Shown here: in pieces, positions 49,923-61,755 of the stretch
Layout: every line of letters begins with the position of its first letter
How positions within the stretch are numbered: position 1 is the stretch's first letter
DNA from: Takakia lepidozioides
Taxonomy: Eukaryota; Plantae; Bryophyta
Direction of reading: 5' to 3'
Assembly: GCA_030704615.1 (NCBI GenBank)
Contig: CM060731.1
Location: 86,614,001-86,678,000 of the forward strand
DNA length: 64,000 bases
Notes under the pieces: generated by a model
The model's database searches: none
What the model was told of the DNA's origin: nothing
Seen by the model: only the letters and a program-made list of their open reading frames with translations
Translations under genes and position numbers: made by a program

Positions 49923-50238
49923 CAAAGCACGTTTTTCTTTGAATTTTTCTAAGGAATTTGTTTTTCTATGAATTCTTTTGAATTATGGCACCTGGTCAGT
50001 GAACCCACCTACCCTGAAATCTTCACTGTATTTCCACATTTTTCTGTATAGGCTGTCTTGTAGAGGGGTCGAATTTGAACTTTTTGATCAGGGAGGCTAT
50101 AAAATTTACGAAAAAAATGTGCCTACAAATTTTACCATCAGAGCTTTTTTGAAAGCATGATGTCTTGTTTCATAGAATTCATATATCAGTGGATGTGCAA
50201 TTTCAATAGTGAGGTTTTTGGATTTTTTTTTATAGGTG

Positions 50239-52198
50239 ATGGTACGCTCACGGGCTCGGCCAATCACGGAGGATGATTATCGAAATGTAGTTCCACCCAA
50301 CGAGAACACCTTGAACAATGATGTCCGCATGCTTGATGTACTTCCACCTCTTTCAAGACGCCGTCGACGTAGGGATGAGCAGTTGGCGGACGTACCTGGA
50401 GAGCCTCACGTGATTCATGCTCAAGGGAGCGAGCATCCCGTTCCACGTCCCAGCTTGCCACCTCGAGGTCCTAGGCCTCTCAGTCCAGAGCCACGAGGCC
50501 TTGATCGAGCCACTTTGGACAAACCCCCTCGGGTGGAGTGTTGGTGCGACCGGTGTTGGGCACGAGTGGCACTTGGAGGTGTTCCCGTGATGCGGCAGGA
50601 TCATATTGTGGATGAACACTATCAGACATGGGGGATTGCCGATGCGGCAAGGGTGAGCCTTCTATAACCCATTGTTGTAACATTTTTTGTGCTAGTATAT
50701 AAGAACGTACGTTTGTTGTAAGTACTCGGATGTTTAAAAATGACTTGTAATTGATACTGTAATGGAAGTTACTGTGGTTAAATATATGAGTAAACAACAA
50801 ACTAATTGTATGAATTATATATTACGTGCAGCCACGAGTCGTTGCCCTCCAAGCGCGCAAAAACGGTACATCACAGATACGTGATGAGTTGGAGGTGGAC
50901 CATCCATTGCCGGATGTCACTTTGTTTTTCCCTCAGGTTGACATAGATAGGGTCCGTGAGACGAGGGGCTTACCCTACGCCCTTCGATTATTTGGTTGCC
51001 GAGCGCGCAGCCGGCCACCGCTTGCACCGGCGCCTCCTCATGATGTCGATATTCCACATCCATCACCAGTACGCTCTAGTTGTACTAGTCCAGCTCCACC
51101 TCCTCCACCTCCTCCACCTTCTGATCCTCATCCATCTGTATCTCCTCCTCGTCCAGTTTCCACTAGTACACCAGCCCATGTAGAGTCACCTGCACCACCT
51201 CCACTTTGCATCACTCCACCGATCCATGAGTCACCTCTACCACCTCCACTTTGCACTAGTACTGCACCGGCCCATAGGTCACCTCTATCACATCCAGTTT
51301 GTACTAGTGCAGCCCACGAGTCACATCTACTTTCGAGTCCACCCCATGCACAATCACCTCCCAGCTGCTCACCCGATCAGTCACATAACACTCCACCTCC
51401 TAGTTCACATCACCAGTCATCCCAACATATTCGGACAGCTGCCCCTTCCCAATCCCAGGCCCCCATAGGTGTCTCACGTGCACGTCCCACCCGGACCCCT
51501 AGGAAGTGTAGGCCACCACCGGTACTTGAGGTACGACGGCCCGATGATCCTAGGGTTACTGACAAGGAGTATAGGACGATGTTGCAGACACCATTCAGGC
51601 CTAGCCTTTGGCGTGCACTAGTGCCTCCGGTCCCCATTCCTCAAAGCCAACCATTTCAATTTTGGGGTCGGCGATATTGTGTGAAAGCCGCCACCAACCC
51701 TTCCATGGGTCGTGGGCTATTTGCAATGGAGGATATTGTGGTTCCTCCAGGGAGAGGGCAGACAGTGGACTCATTTCCCTACTTTGGCCCATACTACATG
51801 TGGTTCCACTGGACGCAAATGCGACGGGTAGCCCCTTGGGTGAGACCTTATGGTCTTTGCGTCAATGACCTCGATGTCTTCAATCGGGTGTTGGACCCTG
51901 GAACAAGGGTCATATGTGACGGACATCCCGATGTGTCGGGAATGTTGCAGGGTTCATCAATAGTTCAATTGGTAACCCTAAAATGACCAATGTATTGTGG
52001 GATGAGCAACATGACGGGGATGTTAGGCTAGCACAATCGATATCGAATTTTGTTATGACATGTGCATGTACTACGATTCCCGCCGGTTCAGAGTTGTTTG
52101 CCTCTTATGAACTCTCTGATAAGGCTTGGGATGAGAGAGTCCATTGGGAGTGGAGGGAGTTTGACAAACGTTACAAACGTCACTCCCGCGGCCGCTAA
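50239..52198 (+). CDS. SET-domain protein with CxCxxC..H motif and Pro/Ser-rich linker; one -1 frameshift near 51940
   Basis: SET motifs MGRGLFAMEDI, then after the shift (G)NVAGFINSS and IPAGSELFASY. Exons 50236-50652 and 50832-52198. Confidence 0.8.
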
Positions 52199-53559
52199 GG
52201 AAACTTGTAGTAGGGGATGTATCTGCTCTCTGTCTTAAGGGCTGTAGGACCAGATCACTTCATAGGGAAGAAATGCACATGTAGAAGGATAGGGTAGAGG
52301 TTGGCAGGCACAAGGATGTGCCAGCAGCTGAAGCAGAGCCATCATGCCTTAATGAGGACTGGAATCACGATAAGAAGAAACGTCGGAAATGGCTGACGAG
52401 GGAGATGACAAGGTGCCTTCTTGACAGGCAGACCCACCGCTTCAATGAGTATAAGACAGATAAGTTCGAAGAGTGTTGGCTTCCTTTTTTGGGCACTTAG
52501 GAATGACTGTGTGAAGTTTTTGGAACTGTCTCTTGTTTCTATAGAAAGGGACAGAAATGTGAGGAGTGGGGAGCTTTTGGAGAATGGAATGAAGGCACTG
52601 GAATTCAAACCAGGATGATGTGGAGATGGATGCACCTGTTGTTTCACTGTCATTAGGAAAATGAGAGGGGACAGGGATATCTCATCTCAGGGTTAGGATG
52701 GTTGCTGTTGTTGTGTTCCTTTTCCTTATTTTTGTGTCTTCAGCCAGCAAAACAAGGCGGCCCTGGATGCTAGATCCTTGAGAAGGGATGATGTGGATGG
52801 GAAGGAAGGTCAATACTGTTTTTGAGACCAGTCACTGATGGGTCAACCGGGGCAAAAAGGTGAATGCCTGCTACATTTCAGAGAGTAGCAGACGCAATTC
52901 AGCATAGGAACTAGTGTGCTACGCTGAGTTGGGTGTTTCCTAGAACAAATGTAGGCTGTCATTGTCAGCTGCTAGCAGCAAGACAAGGATGAATGCTTGA
53001 TTTGTGCAGAGGCATGGATAGCTGAAGGAGTAGAGATAGAGTGTGGGTGACGCAGTGTGCTGGGCAATGGGCAAGACGTCTTTGTATAAACGTGAGTGAC
53101 CTTCCTATCCTCCCGGCTCTCATTTTTAGTGCATGTTTATTTGTGACGTATCTGACGACTTCGCCAACACACACCAACCTATTTGCTGTGGTTTGTTTAC
53201 GAGTCCATGGGATTGAAGTTACCATAAACAACACTGGCATTGGTTTTTCATATATGGTATTAGATAATTCTCTTAATTGTTTCCGCCTTGGCAGGTTGCT
53301 CAGTGACCTTCCCTGGACGCTTTGGAGTATAGCGAGTGAGTGTCTCACAATGCAATGTTGGTTGGTGCATCTTATGCAAGAACTTGGAAAACAAACAGAT
53401 GTCCTTGTTGTAGTAATTCTTAAAGCCATGCAAGCCTTAGTTTTTTGATGGGTTGCAGATTGATGGAATACATGAGTAGTTAGAAGATTCTAGGTGAACA
53501 CTTTTCAAAGTGTTATAGTTAGACAAAATAATTCACATGAGAACATGTGACTATTTTAT

Positions 53560-54179
53560 GTATTTTTAGATCGCGACAAAAATGATAATGATAAATAGAT
53601 TGGTAAATAGAGATGGTGTACAATCTCTTGGTTTTGCTCAGCTTGTTGCAGTTATGTCTTGCTGCCTTGTTCTCTTTGTATTATATATTATATTTCATTG
53701 TTGTAATAGACATGTACACGACTGCTATCATAGTTATAATAATGACCACATCTATTTTCACTCTTCAATAGTACTACACGTGGCAGAAATACAAATATGT
53801 AAAAAAATAGCAATACACCCAAAAAAACACCCATCTTGACACATGTCAATCTGCTGAGGGACCACGTGTAAAAATTGCAACGCACCACGTGTTGCAACCG
53901 GATTAGAACGCCCGTAGTCATGGAGAGCGAACATTCTGCCACGTGTCATTTCCTGTATCGAGCACGTGCCAACCGCTGACATGGACTACATTGTCCGTTC
54001 AGTCATTCAGTAAAGCCAGCGTGTATGACTACCCCCACAGCTCAGCCTGGAGAGTCGTATCTGCCATGTCACAACTGACTAGGCTTTTACATCTTCAGAG
54101 TCAGGAAGTCGTAAATGGCTTCCATAACTGCATTTGCAGTCATAACACAGAGACGTAAAAGCCGCAATCTGTTGTAGTG
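53560..54179. mobile_element. CACTA (EnSpm) transposon end
   Basis: ..TCTGTTGTAGTG ending at 54179 reads CACTACAACAGA on minus, exactly where Gypsy protease homology stops. Subterminal CACGTG repeats lie at 53776-53970. The other end was not found. Confidence 0.7.
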
Positions 54180-57100
54180 CCTGGCCTGTTTCAGCCAAGG
54201 TCGACCCAGCAATAAGGAGTAAGCTTCCATGACATCATCCTTTTTCAAAACAGTCACTGTGATCTTAAAGATCATCTTTTGAATCTGTATCTTAACTCCT
54301 CTTATCAATCCCAATGGCTGAACACTTCCTTGATCTGCCATTGTTATTGTGAATGGGGCTAGTTTCATGTTACTTAAACCAAGCTTCTGCCTTAATTGGT
54401 CTGTTATGATATTCACTCCAGAGCCTCCATCTATCAGTACATCAGTCAAGTCTGTGCTTCCAATTCCCAATTGGATTACTGGCATAGAATCATCAAAGTC
54501 CATGACTATTTCTTGCCCTTTCGGCTTCACAGTATAGCTTGTCACCTTGCTGTTCAGGTCTGTGTTCCCTGTCACATGAACAATCTGATTAATTGCTTGA
54601 TACAGCCTGTGCCTACAATGAGGTGCCACAACCAATAGCTGTCCAATGGTAATCTCCGCTTTGGACTGGCATATTACTTCAGCCAAAGTCCCTTCATTTC
54701 CCTGCACCTCTATAGCTTCCTTCTTCACTTCATCCTCACTCACTTCAATTCTCTTTCAGAATCAGATGAATCTGCCATAGGGATATCAATACTCTTCTCC
54801 ATTTCCCGTATGGTATCAGCCACTTCCTTATGCAGTTCCTTCTCATCTCTCCAAGCCTCATCATCTTCAGGCACAATGTCACGGTGAAGTATTTTGCCAC
54901 GCAGCCCAAGTTGTCCCCAAAACAACTTAGGTGGCAAGATACTTTGGCAGTGTTCGACGTGGATATCCAGTACAAACCGGGACGGGACAATGTGGTGGCC
55001 GATGCTTTAAGTAGAAAGCAGCAGCTCTTGTTGGTGTACAAGGGCGAGACGGCGCTCCAAAGGAAGATCCGGAAGGCTTGCCGGAAGGATGAGCTGGCAA
55101 AGTCCGTGATGCAGGACTTGAGAATGGGGGTTAAATCGCAGTTCCACTTGCAAAATGGACTGCTCCGGTATAAGCAAAAACGTCTCTACGTGCCGAAGGG
55201 AGGGATCAGAGATAGCCTCTTGAGAGAATGCCATGATAGCCCGCTTGCGGGCCACGGTGGAGCCAAGCGCACTGCGGCACTCTTGAAGAAAGAGTATTAC
55301 TGGCCCAAACTGAGGGAGGAGACAGAGGAGTATGTCAAGACATGCACCACATGCCAACAAAACCGGAGCGAGTATAAAAAGCAAGCGGGGCTGTTACAAC
55401 CCTTGCCGATTCCAGAGGGGACTTGGGAAAGCGTCTCGATTGATTTCATGACTGCTATGCCGCTGTCAAAAGGATTCGATGCAATCATGGTGGTGGTGGA
55501 TAGGTTCAGTAAAATGGGCCATTTCATCCCCACCAAGGAGACGGCAACGGAGGAGACAGGGCGACTTTACTTCGCCCACGTCTTAAAGCATCATGGAGTC
55601 CCGAAGGATATTGTCTCGGATCGCGATCCAAAGTTTACGAGTAAATTTTGGAGGACACTTTGGAAGAAGATGGGGACGAGGCTGAAGATGAGCACCGCCT
55701 TCCGACCTACGACGGACGGCCAAACGGAAAGAGTGAATTCCGTAGTGAAGCAATTCTTGCGGAATTACGTGTCGGCAGACCAATCAGACTGGATGGAACA
55801 CTTAGACGCGGCAGAGTTCTGTTATAATAACACAGAACACTCCGCAACGGGAGTTTTCCCCTTTCGTATTGGTCTATGGAAAAGCACCTCTGGTGCCGAC
55901 AAGTTGGGCCGCCCAGGACGTTGAGGAACCGGCAGTAGCGGCGGTACTGGAAGAACGCGAGCGTTTGTTGAAGCTCGCAAAGTACAACATTGCCAAGCTA
56001 GGAAACGGTATGAAAGGCAGGCGAATCGGAAGCGGAGGGAAGTGAAGTTTGAGGCAGGCACAGAGGTCTGGTTGAACATCAAGAATTTCCGACTACCTCC
56101 GGAAGTGAGTCCGAAGTTCGTACCTCCGTATGCGGGACCCTTTCGCATTCGGAAGGTTATGAATGAGGATGTGTATGAATTGGAGCTGCCGGCAAACAAC
56201 AAGGTGCACCCAGTATTCCATGTCTCCCTTTTGAAGCCTTACTTCAAAGATGAAGCGCGTCCGAATCGACATCAAGTGTTGCGTCCGCCACCTATGCTGT
56301 TGGATCATGAAAATGAACCTGAGTACGAGGTGGAGGCAATACTTAAGTCGAGGAGGTTCAAGAACCGAGAAACGGAGTATCTCGTCAAATGGAAGGGCTA
56401 TCATCATGTGGAGGCATCTTGGGTGCGTGCCTCAGAAATGGGAAACGCATCCGAGGCGGTTGCAGCTTTCGAGGGCGACCTCAAAATGTCATCTTCATTA
56501 TCATCATCTTCCTCATCTACTAGAGGTATTAGTTTAGCTTTGCTTCTGATTACTATTATTGTACTTATTTCTGGTACAACACATGGCCTAACCATGTGAG
56601 CTGCCACCACTGGGCCCTCATTCACAGGAGCTCTCATCTCATTCTGGTGTCTGATCCAGAATGGACAGGCTGCCTTGCGATGTCCTGCCTGATTACAATA
56701 GTAACACAGTTCTTCCCCATTAGGTCCTCGCCCTTGGTCTGTTCTGGGATTGTTTCTATAATCATGATTCCCTGGCTGGTAATTCCCCCTTGGATTACCC
56801 TGATAGTTGCCTCTAGGATTGCCTTGGTAATTCCTTCTTGGATTACCTCTATACCATTGTTATAACCACCAGGCCTACCATAGTGGTCTTGATCATTGTT
56901 CCTTCTTGGCTGGGGCTGCACTTGATGCACCCTCACTTGCCTAGGTTCTCTTGCAGCTGTCCTTCTGTTGTAATAACAATTCTCTGTAGAATGGTTATCC
57001 ATTTTACAGATAGTACAATGTTTCTCCTTCATGTGGCATTCAACTGTGGTATGGCCTTCATTATGGCATTTTGCACACCAAACACCCTTCCTCCAATGTG

Positions 57101-60024
57101 TTGCAGCCTCTGTGGCATACTTCTTTAAATTTTCTTCCAATCTTCTCTCATAGTTATCCCTCTTCAACTTTTCCTTCTTCTTACTCTTCCTCTCGAGCTC
57201 TTGCTCTTCTTCCTCATCTGACTCATCCTCAGAGTCCTTATCATCCCTTTTCTCTCTCCTGAGCATTCCCAATTGCTCAATTCTGTTAGCTGTTTCAAAT
57301 GCTTCCTCCATCGTATTATGGGGTAGCATATCCACTTTCTTTTGCAGCTCAGGTCTTAGTCCACTTACAAACCAAGTCTTCTGTAAACCTGGTGCTGGTA
57401 CAGCAGCTAGCTTTTTCATCATCAATTCCATCTTTTCCATATACTCTTCAACAGTTTCATGCTTCTTTTGCTTTAACTGTTGTAAACTTCCATACACTTC
57501 ATCCTCAGTTTTACTTGTCCTGAACCTATTTCGGAATGTTGTACTTAAGTCATTCCAGGTTAGGAAATGATTATCAGGGAATCTTGCATACCATTCACTT
57601 GCTTTCTTTATAAGTGAACAAGGAAACAGTCTCATCTTGGCATCATCGTCATTCTCATTGTTCACAATACACATGTGCTCAAATTGGCTAATGTGTACAT
57701 CAGGATCCCCTTTTCCTGAATATATTGGAAAATGTGGTTTTGCCCGTGTTGGTTGTAACGCCATCTGTGGCCCTACCCCCTGCCCACTGACAGGTGCTAG
57801 CCCCCTTGCTGGTGCTGGTCCTTGAGGACCTGTTGTAGTTGTGGTGGAACTTCCACCAAGTGCTGGCCCCTGAGCACTCCCTGCTACTGGCCCCACTATA
57901 TTCACAGTATTCCCAACTCCAGTTGCACTACTTCCCACACTCCCTGTCCCCCCAGATCCAGATCCAGGCTGCCCGCCTGATCCCCCTGAGCCAACACCTT
58001 CGTTGGCCTGTGATCCAAGTGCTCCACTTGATCCAGGTCCGACAGGTTGGGATGTCCTGGTTGTAGTCTCAACCTCAGCTGTTGGGTCTACTTCTTCATA
58101 CTCTTCATCTTCCAATTTTTTCTCTCTGTTTTCATCTTCCAAGTTCTGCCCTTGGGTTTTTTTTTCTTCACTCATGTAACTCAATTGCAATGGTGTTGGA
58201 GAGTCTGACCTCTCCGTTGGCTCTGCCACATCCTCTCCTCCTTCGTCTTCCGTTTCAGAAACTGGAGTTCCTGCTTTTGGTGTTCCATGCCAACTCTTAT
58301 CAAAGATTTCTGTCAAATCTTTTATCTAGGGATGTACCTCAGATCTTTCACCTCGTGGTTGATCTTCTTCCTGTACCAATTCCCTTAATCTTTCTTGCAA
58401 AGAATAAGAAGGAGTGGCATCCAACTCTAGTTCTTCCGGTATGGGTGATGTACTCTCTAATCTTAATGGTGTGAGAGGTCCAGATGATTCCCCTATGTCT
58501 ATTCCTCTCTCCCAAAGATATGGATAATTAGCTTTCAAATAACTTTCTCTTTTTGCTGAATATCTCTGGAGTCTAGCTTCTCTTTCATCATCTCATGTCC
58601 CATGTCTTTCATTTCTTTAATGTGGCAATAACCAAAACTCTCTTCTGTAGTATCTCTCATATATGCCTGGGTTTCTTTCAAGCTTCAATGCACCCTTGGC
58701 TATACTAGAAGTCTCCGTTACCATATAACCATATGGCAAACAAGTCTGAAAAGCTGTTCTTGGTGTGAGTTTGATCCACAAAATATCCTTAGGAATCCAA
58801 TTCTTTACCAGTACAAGCTCCTCATGCATATGAGTGTAAACATTCACTTTCCTTTCCTCCCAGCCTTCAAACTCTACTCGCTTAATGGATAGCAATGCTA
58901 TCACATAAACCAGTGTTGGTAACCAACATGCTCTTCCTCTACAGGCCACCTGATAAATCTTTATCACTCCTTTCTCCAGACCCCACTCAGAGTCAACATC
59001 ATGCACTCTCTTAAGAATGTTTTCTTTACAACCGTTTAGCAATTCCAAGAACCTCTGAAAGAATTGTTTGGACAATCTTTCCTTCTCAGTTCCATAGGGA
59101 ACTGAGTATGGTCGCCAAATGTCGAGCGGCTTTTACTCACCCATCCCTTCGTTATCCGAGGTGGAAACTCCAAGATAGAAGAGTTGGATATCTCTAAGCA
59201 CTCAGTCTGCTCAGAACAATCAGTCATGACCTACAGCTAGTGAATCATGGTTGTGCTTCCTATTTGTATTCCTTCTTGCCTTCATGTTATCAATTTACCT
59301 TACTGTATATACTGAAGCATCAGATTGCTTCAGTATCTACCAAGTTCCATTCAATCATGCATTCATCATTTCCACAGCTTCTCTCATATCTCTCTACACA
59401 GTATGATTGTATCGATTGAGTATCAGATTAAGATTAATCAGGTATCAGGCCTCTGCCATGATGTCCCTAATCTACCCTACAGTATGATTCTACAGCTTGC
59501 ATGAATTAAGCCTCAATCAAGTCATCATCTCCTCTTCACTGTTTCCGCTCTCCGTTTCGTCTCCTCTTTCCCTGACCAAGTCGCGCTCTCCAAGAAGTGA
59601 TCCCGTGAAGTGATCCCCCTCATGTTGCCGCCCTGCCTAATCTATCCGCAAGATGTTCTAACCACCTAACTAACTAACTGTCACCCCTGAAGTAACATGT
59701 TTCCTCTGCAGATGTCGTTCCCACACAGTCATTCCCTGTCCATGATAACCGTTCCCTATGTACGCTGTGACAGGCTGTGCCAAGCTGTGTCGAGCTATGA
59801 TTGGCTGTGTAAAGCTGTGTCGGGCTGTGACTGGCTGTGTTGGAGTGTGACGGGTTGTGACTGGCTGTGTTTGGCTGTGACAGACTGTGTCGGGCTGTCT
59901 ACCCCCCCTAAAGCCTCCCCTAAGGCTCCTGCTGGTCTCAGTCTACCATCCGTAAGTCTGCGCAAAATTAAGGGTACCCCACAGAACCCCTAAAAGTGTC
60001 CAAGTCCCAAGCAGCCCTCTAACA
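54180..60024 (-). mobile_element. Gypsy family A copy 2: LTR start, upstream ORF, gag with two Zn knuckles, aspartic protease
   Basis: It starts TGTTAGAGGG at 60024. Gag reads YSGKGDPDVHI..LFPCSL..ASEWY with knuckles CAKCHNEGHTTVEC and CTICKMDNHSTENC. Protease reads VLIDGGSGVNII..LLGRPWL. Confidence 0.9.
54882..56484 (+). mobile_element. Chromovirus pol fragment (RNase H end, integrase, GPF motif, chromodomain)
   Basis: Motifs NVVADALSR; ECHDSPLAGH..CTTCQ; SIDF..VSDRD..DGQTERVN; YAGPFRI; HPVFHVSLL; YEVEAIL..EYLVKWKGY. Confidence 0.92.
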
Positions 60025-60413
60025 ACGTGAACGGAAGCACGTAGCTTCCGCATTAGCTATCTTTGTAGAGTATCCAAAGAAGGGGGACTTGGCCGGATTC
60101 ATCCAAGCCCACTCTCCTGGGTCAAACTGCAAGCCAGCCAGGGGAATGGAGAGAAACCACATCAATCTGGAGTGCAATGCCTAGTCAGCCTCCATACCTG
60201 GGGGAGACAAAGGATTGGCTGCCCCAGACACCATGTCAATAACTCTAATGGGGTATAGCTCTTGCCTGTTGGCCGTCCCTGGTTCAGACATCGTCAGGTA
60301 CCCTGCAGGGGAAGCCAGAAATCCTAGACCCTGAATACTATCTCTTAAGGAGGATGTAGCCAGTAGTACTTGGAAGGGCATACCTGGAGTGCAACCCAAC
60401 CATATAGGCAAGG
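60025..60413 (-). pseudogene. Probable LINE ORF2 C-terminal fragment
   Basis: FDPGEWAW..PFFGYSTK resembles plant L1-type sequence downstream of RT; recognised by eye only. Confidence 0.35.
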
Positions 60414-60418
60414 CCCAG

Positions 60419-61474
60419 GTGTATACACAATTACAATCGGAGTGGAGCCGACCTGCAATTGTACGGACTTCTCATTGATGGAAACAAAGAAGGTGACAAA
60501 ATATTATCCGTGCAAGCATATGTATTACATTTACCTGAAGAGGTTGAGGATGAACTTGAGTATTGATGACTTTGTTCATGCACCAGCGTCGAGCATGAAC
60601 GAGCTGCACAAACTCCTCGGCAGGGATTCCAGAAATCATTGATGGGGCAAAGGGAATCCACCATATGGATATTTGCAATTGCATTTTTATGCATTAGACT
60701 TTGTTTTGCAGTGTAATGAAATGCACCCCAAAACTCCAGGAATGAGACAGGCAATATTAAAGTAATCCCTTTCATACACATTATGGACTTCTGGATATCC
60801 GTTGACGTCCAGTGGCAATTCAATGTTGAAACAAAATCCATAATAAGATGGCGGCAGGAAAAATTTGCAGATCTTCCAGAAAACTGAGTTCCAATAGTAG
60901 TAGTTGTGGGGGCCATTTCTGGAAATATGGCGCCGAATTTCCCTATTTTGGGCCGAAAACTGGCTAAGTCCCAACATGTACGGGAACAATGTCTGGAAAA
61001 ATGGCGCCGAATTTCCAGTTACATGGCCCAGAACTGCCCAACATCTGTGCAATCCTCGGCACCATCTCCCGAAATTCGGCGCCACATTTCCAAATTTTGG
61101 GCTAACACACTTGGCATGTTGGGACCTATAGCCGCGAAATTCGGCACCATTTTTCGCCGGAGGCACCTATTACCGCGAAATACGTCGCAATTTTCTTTGG
61201 TTGCGGAACCTATTACCGTGAAATTCGGCGCCATTTTTACAGATGTCGCTTGGAATTTCCATGAGTGCAAGACGAAATATCATGAGCACGGCTCCCAAAA
61301 CTTCAATTTCAGCTTCAAACAATAAATATTAGATTATTTTTGTTCTGACACATTCCATTAAAATAATATATAGTTTTGATGTTTTTTATTTCTAAAATTT
61401 GTACTTCTGCTCATGAAAACCGATTGTCTTACTACTCTGCTCATGCCGCTCATGCTCATGAAATAGCTAACCTC
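60419..61474 (+). mobile_element. 3' end of another family-2 MULE copy (SWIM finger + terminus)
   Basis: It encodes VYTITIGVEPTCNCTDFSLMETKK..PCKHMY and is an inverted homolog of 23110-24155. Confidence 0.9.
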
Positions 61475-61755
61475 CAATCTAAGTTCACTATGATTTTGTT
61501 TTGTTGCTCACATTTGAGTTGGGTAAGCTCCAGGATATGAATAGCCACAAAGGCTTGACACCATAGTAGGTGGAATGAAGCATTAAAGCTTTGGTTGATT
61601 TTTATGATTCCCAAGTAAGGAGATATATCTAAGCTCTAAGGGGTATTTACCCAAGCTAGACTAAATAGTGGGAGGCCAGAGAGGGCCATACTAAGCCCTT
61701 AGTGAGTCCATTTAAGGACCTGGAACATATAAAAGAGGGGAAGATTGTTCTTTGG

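Noticed and set aside
59438-59455. tRNA-Met PBS-like GGTATCAGGCC in Gypsy A
   Set aside because: It is on the wrong strand relative to gag and is an imperfect match. The LTR 3' boundary and PBS were left unassigned.
60035-60060. Helitron 3' hairpin CGGAAGC-ACGTA-GCTTCCG
   Set aside because: No CTRR end at the expected spacing, and it lies at an LTR/LINE-like junction.
23110-61474. A single 38-kb MULE bounded by inverted termini and carrying EMC6 and WDR55
   Set aside because: Both termini are the same SWIM-proximal end from different copies, and the flanks ACTACAACC and CAATCTAAG are not a TSD.
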